Below, piece by piece: positions 1 to 13,200 of a stretch of 64,000 nt of DNA. The stretch covers positions 2,170,001-2,234,000 of the forward strand of contig NC_058383.1 of assembly GCF_018350175.1 (NCBI RefSeq), written 5' to 3'. The notes under the pieces are model-generated. The model was not told where the DNA came from. It was given only the letters and a program-made list of their open reading frames with translations, and made no database searches. Numbering within the stretch: the first letter of the stretch is position 1; every line of letters begins with the position of its first letter. Source of the DNA: Felis catus (taxonomy: Eukaryota). The translations under genes and the position numbers were made by a program.

Positions 1-340
1 CGTTACTAACCCTCAATACCTCAAAATGCGTATTTGGAGACGGAGCCTTTAAGGAGGTAGTTAGGGTAAGCAAAGGTCACGAGGGTGGGCCCCAATCCAC
101 TAGGACTGACGTCTTTGTAAGAGGTCGGGGCACAGATACGCGCAGAGGGACGCGGGCGTGAGGACACGAGAACGTGGTGTCGATACGCCATGGAGAGAGG
201 CCTCAGGAGGTCGCAGCCCTGCCTGTGCCCTGGCCCGTGCCCCTGACCTCCAGCCTCCAGAAGTGTCAGGAAATCCATCTCTGCCGTCTAAGCCCCCGGC
301 GTGCGGTCTGTTCTGGCGGCCCCGGCACAAGGACGTACCA
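1..340 (+). mobile_element. MaLR LTR (MLT1-like) fragment
   Basis: Typical MLT1 motifs: gtatttggagacggagcctttaaggagg, gggccccaatccactaggactgacgtctttgtaagagg, cctccagcctccagaagtgtcaggaaat. Confidence 0.7.
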
Positions 341-765
341 ACCTATCCGCTCAATTGCAAAACACCCAGGGGACGCCCCGGCTATACCAGAAATAGGAAG
401 TAACTGTAACATGCATGCGCGCTTTTAACTTAAATTTCGTGAGTTTACTACAGAAGACCCAGCTGGTCACACAAGAAAGGCTGAGAGCCGAGCCGTGCCC
501 ACTCTGCAGTGGTGCGCACGGGCCGGGCAGGGTTCCCATGTGCTGACCGGCACCTACGGGGAGCCTGGGATTTGCCAGGAGCACGGTAGCAAAGGTGTGG
601 GGTGAGGTGCTCAGGCCCCAGAACATCAGCCCTCCAATTCCCGGAACACCGCTACGGGCTCGGGGGTGGGCCTTCCTTTGTTCCCACATCTGTCCCTATT
701 TTCCTTATTATTCCTTATTTCTTTTAATTCAAACAGCATGCATTACTTTAAAAATAAAAAACAGA

Positions 766-992
766 GGGGCGCCTGGGGGGCTCAGTCGGTCGAGCGTCCG
801 ACTTCGGCTCAGGTCATGATCTCACGGCTCGTGGGTTGGAGCCCCACGTCAGGCTCTGTGCTGACAGCTCAGAGCCTGGAGCCTGCTTCAGGTTCTGTGT
901 CTCCCTCTCTCTCTGCCCCAAACCTGCTCGCGCTCTCTCTCTCTCAAAGATAAACGCCGAGAAATACGTATACACGTACGTACGTTAAAAAG
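766..992 (+). mobile_element. CAN-SINE (SINEC, feliform type)
   Basis: ggggcgcctggggggctcagtcggtcgagcgtccgacttcggctcaggtcatgatctc head, (CT)n region, A-rich tail. Confidence 0.92.
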
Positions 993-1191
993 AAGTAAGA
1001 AACAGACCTGTTTTTAAAAGCCTCCCACAATTGTCCAGGGAGATGAAGGGTGGACGCAGGGGAGAAGGGAGGGCACCGCCGGGAAGGGTGTGGAAGAGGC
1101 AGGGACCTCCGCAGGAGCCCGGCAGGGGGCACTGCCCCTCGCAGCATCTAGCCCTCTAGCTCCCCAGCTGGCCCACCGCCCACCCACTCAC

Positions 1192-1284
1192 CTTGGTGGC
1201 CGGGTACTCCCGGGGGACGGTCTTCAGCAGCTCGGCCACGACACCCTGCATCTCCACCAGCGCCTTGTGGCTGCCAGACAGCTT
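1192..1284 (-). CDS. TTYH3: TTYH3 exon 9 (KLSGSHKALVEMQGVVAELLKTVPREYPATK)
   Basis: Acceptor tggagcag|AAG, donor AAG|GTGAGT, 93 nt, in frame. Confidence 0.93.
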
Positions 1285-4200
1285 CTGCTCCACAGAGAGG
1301 CAGCTGACGGGCAGGGGCAGGGGCAGCCCATCTCTCCCACCCCAGGGCCACCCCCCCCCCACACGGGTCTGCCAGTCCCACTGCCCCGGGCCTGCGCCAG
1401 CCCGTGGGCACTCTGCTCTGTGGGCCCACGGGACACCCTTCCCTGGCTCCCCGCGAGCCTGCCCACGTATGCAGAGATGAGACAGATCACCAAAAACATG
1501 GTGTCTCTGAAACAGGTGGTTTTCAGGACCCCAGAGGGCCATGCAGTCACGTGGAGTGACAGGCAGGGGGCCGAAGGGTTTCCCTCCAAACCACCGTGAC
1601 GACACCTGTCCCGTCATTCCAGAGGTGGGCACGGGACCCCTCCTGCAGGGCGACGCTTGGCTTCGCTCTGCAGGGCCACCCAGGGGAACCCAAGAAATGA
1701 AAGGAATCCCAGGTATTTCAGGGCGGTAGGCCGTCCACCCCAAAAGGCTTGCACCGAGGGCATCAGGGCGCAGACCCCAGGGGCAGTTAGTGATGTCAGT
1801 GTGGCCTTCATCTGGCTGCTCCTCGGGTCCCAGGGTCCAATCACGTCTGAGAGGGGTTGGGGGCCGTGGGGGTCAGGGCCCGTGTGGCCCCCTCCCGCCC
1901 GCACCGGGGCAGGAGCACCCCCGGCACTCACCTGCTGGAAGGGGTTGGAGGCACGGGGCGAGCAGGCCAAGTAGTACTCCAAGATGTCTGCAGAGAGAGG
2001 TCGGGGTGGCTGAGTGAGGCCGGCCGTCTGCATGTACCTCGTGTGCCTACGTGTGCATGTCCGTGCGTGCGTGTGTCTGCACGTGGTGCCTGTGTGCATT
2101 CGAGCACACATGAGAGAGGATGTGGCCTCCAGAGAGCCCAGGGCCAGCGCCCAGACCCTCCGCCCCGGGCAGCGTCCCTGCAGCACGCACAGCGGTCTCT
2201 AGGGTGCAGCCCTTGTCCCTCCCCTCCCCCTGGAGCAGCAGACAGGGCACTGGAGGTAGGCAAGGAAGGGGTCAGAAGACGCCCGGGGATGCATCTGCTC
2301 GGGGGTCACTTGGGCAGAATAATAGTTCTTGGGCCAGAGCATCGCCCCAAAGAGGAGGTGACACAGCCCATACGTTGCAGCCTGGAGCACCCAGGACTCG
2401 GGGGGCCTGCCTGTCTCATCGCCCTTAAAACAGGTGTCGATCCAGCGTCCGATGTCCGAAGGTGGGGATTCACTTACGGTTCGGATTCAAAAAGCCCTAG
2501 GAGACCTGAGCCTGGCTGCGGCTGAGGGAGGAGCCCTGGACTCTGCCTGCCCCCGCGCCCCCCGCAACGCTCTCTGGTCCCTCAGGACCCTTCCCTGAAG
2601 CAGTGGACACTGGCTTTGGAGTTCCAGGTGCCTCCCTTCTGGGGTCCCTCCGGGGCCCAGTGCAAGATGGGGAGGGACCAGGAGCAAGGGCTTAAGCGCA
2701 GGGCTGGCCGCAGTCTGGGGCAGCTTCCCACGGGGCTCCTACACTTGACTCCTCGGGCCTGGGCTCCCACCAAACTTAAGTGAAAACCCACTTCACGTGG
2801 GCCACCTGGCTCTGCCTGGCCCGCGAGGGGCGGCCTGTGGCTCGCAGGCAGGAGCCTGTACTCACGTGAGGCCGGGGGCTGCTCGCACTTGCCAATGGCC
2901 CCAGAGCCCTGAGCAGCGAGGACCCGAAAGGCTGATGGCACCGGCGCCAGGGACAGCGGTGGTAACAGCTGTCACCAGTCCTGCCAGCTCTGAGCTGGGC
3001 ACATCCACCTTCCCCCACTGTGGGGGCTCCTCTGGCTTCGATGGAAACGGTTCCTTCAACCAAATAAGCTAAAAACCTGACCACAGGCTCCTCTCTGTGG
3101 CTTTCTCGGGCAAAGAGGAGAAGACAGTCCCGTGAGGGCCAGTGTTTTAAGGCCACGCAGAACTCCTATCCCTGGGGGGACGGTCCCTCGACTCTTCTCT
3201 CAAGGAGCACACGGTATTCACAGCAAAGGCAAACAATGAGCTTAGCACTGTCCAGCTCTGGCCGCGCCCGAGCCCAGTCCCACCTGCACCTGCCTCCTGA
3301 GATGGTCAACACGCACCCAGCCCCAGACACGCTCTCTGCCCCCAGCTCAGTCCACGGCTCCTGTGAGGACAGCTGCTCAGACAGAGAACAGGGCCTCAGT
3401 TCCTCCCTCCCTACATCCTGCTTCTTCAGAAGCCCCATCACGCTCCCTCACGGCACGTCCCCATTCACCTCTCGCCCCGCTGGCTCAAGGCACCTGCCCC
3501 CTGCCTGGAGAACTTCAACAACCTCCCTGCCTTCCTGCTTGACCTCCGTGTTGCTCCCACAGCCCAAAGAAACTTTGAAAAAGAAACTGAATCACGGGCC
3601 ATGTCTTTTCCAGGCTTCCCACTTCCAACGGACCCCCTAGAATTAAGCCCAAGTTCCTTTCCTCGACCTGTCCCTGCTGGCCTCCCCACCCTCTCCTCTC
3701 ACAGTGGATCTGTTTTCTGCCTTACAAACACATTGGGTTTGTCTCTGCCCCAGTGCCTTTGCACAAGACACACAGCATTCCCTGGCTCAATTTAAATGCT
3801 ACCTCTTTGGTAGGCCACACTGTCTGCTCTGAAGTAGCCTGTCATCACTTGCTGCTCCCTTGTCACCCACCTCCACCGTCACCCCTCCCCTGTCATCTGG
3901 CCTCACACAGCACCTGAACTCATTCTCAGAGCCCCCCACCCCCCGCCACTCACAGGTGTTCCTGTTCACTCACTAGCTTCCTGACGTGCGTGGGTCCTGC
4001 CTCCCCTAGACCAAGGGCCCACGAGAGAGAGGATGCCTTGTCCTCACTCAGTTGGGTCTCCCCAGCCTGGCTGCTGGGGTGCCGGCTTCAGACTCACCCC
4101 CACTCAGCACGGAGTGTTCCTCCACCATCCTGGTCACGTAGGTGTCGGGGTCCACACAGAAGTCGCTGGAGCCCTGGGACGGGTGCAGGCAAGGCAGATG

Positions 4201-7200
4201 GGGTGACCAGGCTAAGCCCCCACAGCCTTCAGCTCTCAGGGATAGAGCCTGACTCTCAGGTTCACTTTTAGCTCCAGAAGGTAAAGTGGGGATGTGGGGA
4301 CGCACTGACTTGCTGTGTGCCCATGGGAAGGTCCCCACTCCTCGCGGAACCTCGATACCCCAGGGCAGGGCGGGAAGGGAGAGGAGTATGACTTTCCCCA
4401 GCGCCCCCGCCTCATGCCGAGGCCCAGCACACAGGGATCACGCTTCCCCTCTGCCACTCACCACGGACACGGCCAGCTCCAAGCCCAGTGCGCCCCAGCT
4501 GATGACCAGGGCCAGGACCCCCAGCAGGCAGACCCTTGGAGCAAAGAACGCCAATCAGCGACCCCCAGGCTGGGGTGGCTGCAGGCCAGAGGGCCGGGTC
4601 CCCAGGGAACATCTGGGGGGGGGGTCTGCCCTCACGGGGGCTGTGGCTCCTCCGTGGTCTGGCCTTAGCCAGAGCCACCTGAAGGCTGGGCACAGATGCG
4701 TCTCCCTCCCACCTGGGGCAGGCTGGGGTGGGGCTCAGGGGAGGGCCAGGAAGGAAGGTCTCCCTGCTTCCCCCCCGGCCAGCAGGTTGACGCGTCTCAG
4801 CCCTCACCCTGCTCTCCACAGCGTGGCCGGAGGGGCCCGTTAGCCTGGGCCAGACCCATGGGGCTCACACCTGCCTCCCCAGTCCCTGCGGTCCATGCAC
4901 TCAGGCCTCCCTGCTGCCGCTCACACCCCTCGCTGCAGGCCCACGTGCTGGTGGTCAGACGTCCAGTCCCCTCCCTGCCAGGGCTCCTTGTGGAGCACAC
5001 GTGCCGCAGACTGGCCTGCCCGCCTGCACGTCCCCCCACCCCCACCTGCTCTCCTCTCCTCCACAGCAGCGCCCCCCCCCCCCCACCGGACACAAGGTGG
5101 TACAGGGGCCCGCCTGTTCACTGGTCTCTCCCCGTGCCCGGCCCGGGGAGGGCGCAGGACACGGCTGTTCAACTGTTCAGTGAGGAAGCGACAGCTGCTA
5201 CCCGCAGACAGCTAGCACTGTCGCGTCTTTCGGAGGACGAGACAGTTATCAGTGCCAAAGAGCCACCGGCCCAAGGTGGCCAGGTGAGTGGGCGGCACAG
5301 CAGGGCGACGAGCCCAGACTGCCTCCAGGCCGGGGACGTGGCCAGCTTGACTTTCTGGTGTCCCCATGACTTGGTGACCCAGACAGGTCTTCGGGTGTCT
5401 GGGTTATGATACGCAGGCTCAGTGGGGAGGGAGCCCAGCAGGAACCAAGGACGGACAGGGCAGATGTGCCCGCCACAGGGGCACGGGTCAAGGGCCCCAG
5501 GAGATCTGCTGGAGCGGGCTTCCGTGGTGGGAAACCGGTGGCCAGACCCACAGATGGGGGTGGGGAGGGAAGGGCCACCTCAGGGGAGAAGGTGCTGAGG
5601 GCGCCTCACCCCTGCCCTCCGCCCCTCCACCCCACAGACTCACCCGACCAGAATGCCCTTGGAGCTGCGGATGAGGCCGACCAGCGCCAGCAGGCAGATG
5701 GCCACGTCGAGCAGCAGTAAGCCCAAGTAGCCCAGCCACCTGTGGGCACACGGTGGGTGTGGGTGTGCGTGGGGCGCAGGGACAGGGGCATTGCTCGGGG
5801 AGGCATGGCAGAGCTGAGGGAACGGCCTGGGGCCCAGAGGAGCATCCGCGGGCAGCTCCGGGATATGGGGCTGGCATCAGTTCTGATAAAAGAAGTCCCG
5901 GGAAACACGGCGGTCCCACCCATAACAACTGTGACACCGGGCTCTGAAGGCCACAAGCCCGTGGAGGGTGACTAGCACCCAGGCACTAGGGGCCAGGCGG
6001 GGCGAACAGAAAAGAGGGCCAGCCGCACCTGTACCAGTCGTAGAGATCCACCTGCTCGGCCAGCACCTCCAGGGACACAGCCGGGTTCCTCCAGAAGGGG
6101 ATGGCCGCGGTGTGGCCCAGCAGCGTCTCGAGAAGGCCCTGCAACCTCTGGACTGCGCGCAGGGGCTCTGGGCGCGCGGCCAGCTGCCGCTCCAGGCTCT
6201 GCAGGCTGGGCTCTGCCGTGCGGTTCAACGCGGCCGCGGTGTCCCACACCTGCGCCGGGCCGGGGGCCGGTGAGCCCGGGCGCAGACCCGCTCCCGGCAC
6301 GCTCCGCGCACACGCCCACCCCTCGGGCACGCACGCAGACACGGGGCGCAGGCACAGAGCCCCCCTCCCCATCGGACGGCCACTCACGCGGTCCTGGACC
6401 CCTGCCACCGTGCGGTTGGCGTGGCGGAGCGAGTAGGTGGCCCGATGGATGCCGTCGCTGGTCTCCCCGTTGCCGTAGAACCCCACGGCGATGCCGGCGC
6501 TGGGACGGGGCGGGGCTCTTGAGGGCGCGGCCGGGCCCCTCGCTGGCCCGCCCCGGCCCCGCCCGTCCCGGTCGGGCCCCGCCTCCATCGGGCCGCCCCT
6601 CCCTGCCGCGCCCCCCGCCACCAGGCCCGCCCCCAGCCCGGCCCCTCCCCGCGCTCACCTGCAGACCAGCGTGGCGATGATGACGCACCAGGCGGTGCAG
6701 CAGCAGTCGGCGTCCAGGTGCTCCTCGCTCTTGCGCCGCCGGCAGCACAGCCAGAAAGAGTAGAAGAGCAGGAAGAGGAGGTCCAGGGCGAGGCAGGCCA
6801 GCGCGGCGGCCCCCAGCAGCAGCAGCGCCTGTGGGAGGCCGGGAGGCGGCGCTGGAGGTGCGGACGCCGGCACCCGGGCTCCCACCCGACCGTCCTCCAG
6901 CTCGGGGGACAGAGGCTCCCAACACTCGAGTGACTCCCGTCCTTAGCCCTGTCCCGGACCCCAAGCCACATTCGGAGAAGCCAGACGGGCACGGCCATGG
7001 GGTCCTCCCAGGCCCTGTGCCCCTCCCTGCGGGGGCCCCTCACCTCCTGGGCCCCAGGGCCCAAGGCAGGACATAGGAAAGGTCCAAACAGGGGTCCCTG
7101 ACCAAGCCCAGTAAGGAGGTGCTGGGTGGGCAGGGGCCCCCGGGGAAGGGCCGGCACAGCTGCTGATGGCCATGTCGCCGAGGAAGGCCCCTCACCTCCC

Positions 7201-10200
7201 AGAGCCTCGGTCTTCTCTTTCGTAAAAGGGGGCAGTGCTCTCCCCAGAAGAGGCTGGCGGAGGGCCTCGGTGAAGGCCCGCAAGAGACTGAGTTGGACCT
7301 GGCCACCTTTGCAAGCCCCTGGGGCCGGGGCAGCCTGAGGGGCCCAGAATTATCCAGCCGCGTCCTGGGAGTCACCAGGGGAGGAGGAAGTGCCCCCTCA
7401 GGCCCTCTCCCGGCACCAAGGTCAGCATCCCCCATGGGAAGCAGGGACACATGCCGTAGGCCCAGCGCTGCCTCCCCTGGGTGCCACACTCGTCATTCTA
7501 CCTGGCCCAGCGCCCCCCCTCCCCATTTTACTGGTAGAGAAACCGGCTTCAGAGAAGATACGGAGGAAGGACCGGTGTCATGGCACCTCTGGGGCCTCAG
7601 CACACACGTCCCTTGTTGGGGTGGGAGACGTGGCCTGTTAGCGCTGTAGGCCGGGGCTGACCACGTGCACTTCATGGGGGGGGGGGAGGGGACAAGTAAG
7701 TCCCACACAGAAGGTTCACCACTGCACACTGGCTCTCAGTCCACACTGGAAGTGCCGTAGAGACGCTGGGCCCCGGAAACACCCTCCCTCCCCAGGCCTG
7801 AACACTGGGGTGCTGCTGGGGGAGAATGCCCACCTGCCCCCTTCAGGGCCCCCTTGGGAAGAGAGGCTGAGCCGCAGACGCCCTGGCGCCCAGCGGCTGT
7901 CTCCCTGCCCTCGCAGGAGCCCGCTGGCCCCGAAGGTCTCCCACCAGGCTCACTATCCCTGGCCACCCCCACACCGGGGGGGGGCCCCTCCCGCCTGACC
8001 AGGGAGGCACCGAGCAGCCACACTTCAGAGCAACACCGGGGCCCAGGGAGCCAGGAGCTGTTGGGAGGCTGGGCCTCGGGCCTCCCCCACGAGGCACAGG
8101 AGGGAGGCACCATCCAGGGGCAGACCGGGGTGACGCCATGAAGCTGGAGTCACAGGCCATGGCCTTGCCCTGCCGGGGCGCAACAGGCGTTGGGGGCTGG
8201 CACCCTCCGGTGCTACTCCAGGCTGAGGGTGCCTACCATCTCTGCCCCGGCAGGACGGCCCGTTGGGTCCCAACCGCTCCAGCTCACAAGCTGCGGGTGG
8301 GAGGGAAGCAGGCCCCTGGGGGGCCGGTACCAGGGCCACCTCGTCAGCCGCGCTCAAGTCACAGAGGGTGTTCCCAAGACCCGGGACGCAGCCAGGGGCC
8401 TCCGGGCAGGAATCGGGGCATGTCACAGGCCGGGGGGCCATCACGGAGAGGGCTCACCTTAAGGGTCCTGGAAGCCGGCACCGCCCTTGCCCCGCCCCAC
8501 CCCACCCTGCGTGCACATCACAGTGTTTGCAACAGCACTCTCTTCCGGGCTCCCAGGGTCTGCCCTCACAGGCACAGGCCGGACATTGGCCGGGGTGCCA
8601 CAGGCCCTGCCCATCCCCTCCTCACAGGCAAAGGGCAGAACACAGCACCACCCCTGGGACCTCTGTGCTTCCATAACAAAGGCCACCCTCCAGCCCCTGT
8701 CACCGGTCCTGCCTGCAGGCTCCTCCCCTCCCCCAAACCCTCAGAGGCCCACCACACCCCCACCTGGAAGCCTTCACCCAGAATGAGCCCCTGCCCATCC
8801 CCATCCTGTGCAGATGGTCCCCCTGGAGGCCACCCTCTGCTCTGACTGACCTCCCTTGGCCTTGGCTGGAGTAGCCCCACCCCTCCCACAGTGCCACCTC
8901 CTCTCCTGCCCGATTCCCCCCTCCCCCAATTGGACACAATCCAGGAAAGTCCAGGACACGGATGGCTCGGTGCTGGTGTTTAAATACATGCATCAACACA
9001 CATCCTCTTGAGGAATCCCTGCCCCGAGGCGGGGCAGTTGGGACCAGGGCAGGCAGAACCCAAACAGGCCCCCAGCTGGGGCCCTGAGCCCACCCAGCCT
9101 GGCCAAGGGGACATCACGACTCATCAAAGTGCTCACAGGCCCAGATCACTGCCTCAGTGGTGCCGGGACCACCCACTCCCGTTTGCCAGATGAGAAACCC
9201 AAGGTAAGATCCGCACTGCCGGCCAATCGGGGGGCGGGGGGGGGCCCTAGCGCCTGGGGGGAGCCTGGGGGCGGGGGGAGCCATGCCAGGGCCCCGGGGT
9301 GCCTGGAGCTGCTGGACCCCAGCCGGGCCATGGAGACCAGAAAGAGCCGGACAGGTGGGAGCACCCGGGCCGCCTCCCTGGCGGGGGCCGTCCTTGTCCG
9401 GAAGGTCAGGGAAGAGCAGCATGGGCAGAGGCCACCACAGGCTGAGTCTGGAAGGTGCTGTGCCCCTGTGGGCGGGAGTCACGCTGTACCTTTCTTGGGT
9501 GTCCTCCTACGGCTTTGATTTGGTTTGTTTTGTTTGTTGTTGTGTGTCTTTTTCGGGTTTTTTCTTTTTTTTTTAAAACCACCAAGTTGTACCAACTTTG
9601 TAATTAAAACAGAAGCAGAATCCTGTTAGTAGCTCCTTTCAGCTGAGCGTGGGAGGCCCCTGGTCTGAGCCCAGCTCTGCCACCACGTAAGAGGCCCCGT
9701 GCGGTCTCCGGTCAGGCCCTGCTGCTCTCCGCACCCCATTTCTGCCTTTGTGCAGTGTGTGAGCCTTCCCCACCCCCGCTGTGGGAGCGGGGTCCCCGGC
9801 AGCCGTGCCAGACCCCTCTCAGTTGATGACTGGGTCACATGGGCCCCGGAAGGCCGAGAACCTGGACCGAGGTGCGAGGGAGGCGTGTTCTGCCCTTCCC
9901 CCACAGCCACCCCGAAACCACTGCCCAAGAGGGACAGCCCAGGGAGCCAAAGCAGCAAGGTTCAAATGCTGCCCAGCCTGGCTCAGAGATGTGACCTTGA
10001 GTCAGGGACCGCACCCCCATGCCTCAGTTTCTCCACCTATAGAGTGGAGATGGGCGCGTCACTGTCCTGACCGGGTGACTGAGGATTACACAAGCGAATC
10101 CCTGTAAAGGCTCAGAAGAGCATCCCCGTGGGGGTCCCCCAAGAAAGGTGAGGGTCCCCAGGGGTTGCTACCCCCAGGGCCCACTCTGTCACCACACAGC

Positions 10201-13200
10201 CTGGTGGGCTGGGGGCAGAGAGTGGGCACCTTGGCTGCTGGGGGGGGGGGGGGCACTGGTCCAGGGCTGCTCACGCACAAGGTGAGCACGTGCCCCTACG
10301 CGCACACGCACAAGCACATCCTCGTGCACACACACGCCTACACCCGTATATTCACACACATGCTCGCCCACGTGCACATGAAGGTGTCACCCTGTGATCA
10401 CGGCAGCCTGTGGCTGGAAGCTCCCAGTGGCCGTGGGCAGGGGAGGGCGTCCCAAGCACCTGGCTGCTGGAGCAGACCGGGAAGCGGGGAAGGCAGCCGG
10501 CCAGCCAGGAGCAGCCTCGCACACAGGTAGGGCCGCCTGCCTGGGGGCGGAGGACGCTCCCGTCCCATCCCTGCCTCTCGCAGGGCAGGGGCTAGGGGAG
10601 GACCACTCACTGCCCCAGGAACCCCAGGGCCAGGCTTGATGGTGATCGTGTGTCCTGGGTACCAAAGGGGTGAATTACTTTCCAGAAGCTTCTCTGGAGG
10701 CAATGGCAGACAGAAGCACAGGTGCCCACCTCACCCCTGTAACCCTACATGCTGGGGGCCAGGCATCCAAGGTTCCACCTCATCCCCTCCTGGTCTGTCT
10801 GCCCGGCTCCAGGAAGCCTTCTTCCTATGTCTCCCATCTCTGTGCTGGGTCTGTCTGCCCACACCTCCCCCAGGAAGGAAAGGCCTTGCTGAGCTCATCG
10901 ATTTAGCTGGGGCAGTGCCCCCTCTGGCACTGAGGCCTGGCACACAGTGGGCGTGCAGAAACATGGCCCCCCGGCTCCCCACCCCAAGGTCCGAGAAGCT
11001 GGGGAGCTCTCTCTCTGGCAGGACATCAGGCTACGGGGCCTGTACCACAGCAGCTTCCCACAGCCCCCATGGACGGTGCCAGCACCCTCCCGGTTCACAC
11101 AGGAGGGCACCGGAGCTGGGCGGGGCGCAGCCCATCACGGTGAACTTGCAGAGCCCGTCGCCATCTGGGTGCACGAGCCAGGCCTGGGGGTGCCTGGCGT
11201 GCCCTCTGCCCCCGCCTCCTGATGCCAGATTCCAGGGGACAGCCCCGCCTACCCCCCCCCCCCCCCCCGCCCGCGGCTGCGTGGGCTGCTGTCCCCTTCA
11301 CCGCCCCGGGGTCCATTCTCCATTCAGAAAGAGAATGGGAAATGCCTGATCAGCATCTGGGCTCCGACCAAATGGAATTTTCCGTCTGTGATGGAAGTGA
11401 TGTCAGCACTCGGTCAGGCGAGGCGAGATGCTTGGGCCCGTGTCCTGACCGCTGGCCACAGTGCTGGCTGCCAGCCACCTGAGGCGCTAAGAACGCACCG
11501 GGCTCCGTGCGGGCGCCCGCAGTGAGGCCTCGGCGGGGCCCACCCCCCGCTCCTGGCCCCACGGCTCACCTCATCTCTTGGCCCCGGACCACCCCCTCCT
11601 TCTCAAGGCCCCTGCAGCCCTGGCCTGTGCCCACACACTCTCTTCCGTGCCTCATGGTCCCCCGAAGCCCTCATCCGCTCTGGAAATACCCGATGAGCCA
11701 GAGCTTGGAGTCTAAAGCCTTTCCTTGTCCCCATTCAGGCCCCGGCCCAGGCAGGAGGCCTGATGAGGGACCCAGGACCCCAGCCGTCCTCCACGTGAGC
11801 CCAAGCTCCCTGCACAGGGCGGGGCAGGGGCAGAGGTCCCTGGCTCAGCCCCAGGCTTGCAGGCAGTCAGAGTACAGGGGGCCCCAAGCCAGCCCCGTAA
11901 GGGGAGGGCCCACAGCGTGCCACGAAGCCTTACGGAAGAGCTTTGCAGCAGGAGGCTTGGCCCCGTCCAGAGACAGAGACCACGGTGTGAGGGCTCGAGG
12001 CTCCAGCGTCCCACCAGGGCCAGTCAGCGCACGGGCACGTGCACCCCACCCGTGCGCGACACTGGGCTCAGCTTCAGCACAGGCCACGCTGATGCGCCCG
12101 AGGCCACCGGGCCAGGGTGGCCACACGGGACCCTGGGACGGCCCATCCGTGCACCCGCTGCACCCAGGAGCACACCGCACGTGCAGCACAGGTCAGAGCC
12201 CCCGACAGACCATCTCCTCGGAGACGTGGCCCCACAGGGGGGCCTCCGTGCCCTCAGCAACTGCCCCTGAGCGCCGCCCACACGCTCAACCCCTCTGTGG
12301 GCCACCACAGCCTTCAGCCAGGCTGGGGAGCCCCTGCCCCGCCGGAGTCCCTCACGGGGGCTCCAAAGCTGCTCACCCCAACCCCCGCCCTAAAGGCCAC
12401 AGCGGCACACCCCCCGGGCCAGCCTCCTGGCAGAAGTCACGGACACCCAGGCCCCGGTGCTCACGGGCGAGGAGGACGTGGGGCCAGACTTCCAGGGCTG
12501 ACGCCACTATTCTCGGGGCATCGGGGACTTCCGCCTGGTCACACGGCAGGAGGTTCGGGGCCAGGCCCCCAGGCCCAGCTGCCGTAACTGAGGTCCCGCC
12601 ACTGCCCGTGGCGTGAGGCCCACGGCCCGCAGAGGTGGGTGTCCCTGGAGAAGGCCATCCCATCCCTGGCAGGCCTGTCCCTTCAGCTCGTCCTCACCCC
12701 TCCCTGCACCAGCCCTCCCTTCGAGGCAGCTCCACCAGCTTTCAAGGGTGAGGCTCCAAACAGCAGGCGAGTCCAAATTCCTCCAGGGGCCTGGGCCCTC
12801 CCTGCCCTGCACCCCACCATCCTTGCGGTGGTCACACCTGCCTCACTGGAGCGGGGAGGCCCGAGTCACTACACAAAGGGCCCCTCGGCCCAGGGCCAGC
12901 CCGAGACGGAGGCACATCAGCACCAGGCCTGACACGGCGGCCACGGGGCACGCGTCTCCGGGACCCCAGCAGCGCACACCCGGAGCCTCGGAAGACTGGG
13001 GGGTGTGACGACAGGTGTCAGAGGGCACCAGCAGGGCACCGTGAGAGGAGGGCACGCTCCCAGAGAGGGACGGCCCGGGCGAAGGCCCGGCACGAGGTCC
13101 AGGCTGCACACCCGTGTCCCGAGGGGCTCTGGAGGGTGGGGTGGGGGCAGGCAGGACCCTCCACCGCTTCCCAATGGGGAAGTCCCACCCCAGCCCCAGA

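Larger units (their letters stand above)
6000..6900. promoter_or_regulatory. Intragenic CpG-rich island over TTYH3 exons 2-4
   Basis: Dense CpG in both the exons and the short introns 2 and 3. Confidence 0.6.

Noticed and set aside
1..1191. TTYH3 exon 10 and later exons
   Set aside because: No in-frame tweety-like exon with splice sites found; the region is LTR, SINE and intron, so the gene continues off the window.
11507..12616. 369-aa + strand ORF, and many other 150-350 aa ORFs such as 24811..25809, 37843..38826, 40685..41695 and 5972..6964
   Set aside because: Pro/Gly/Arg/Ala-rich with no recognisable domain, mostly non-ATG starts, and overlapping ORFs in several frames. This is expected from stop-codon scarcity in GC-rich intronic DNA, or from alternate frames of real exons.
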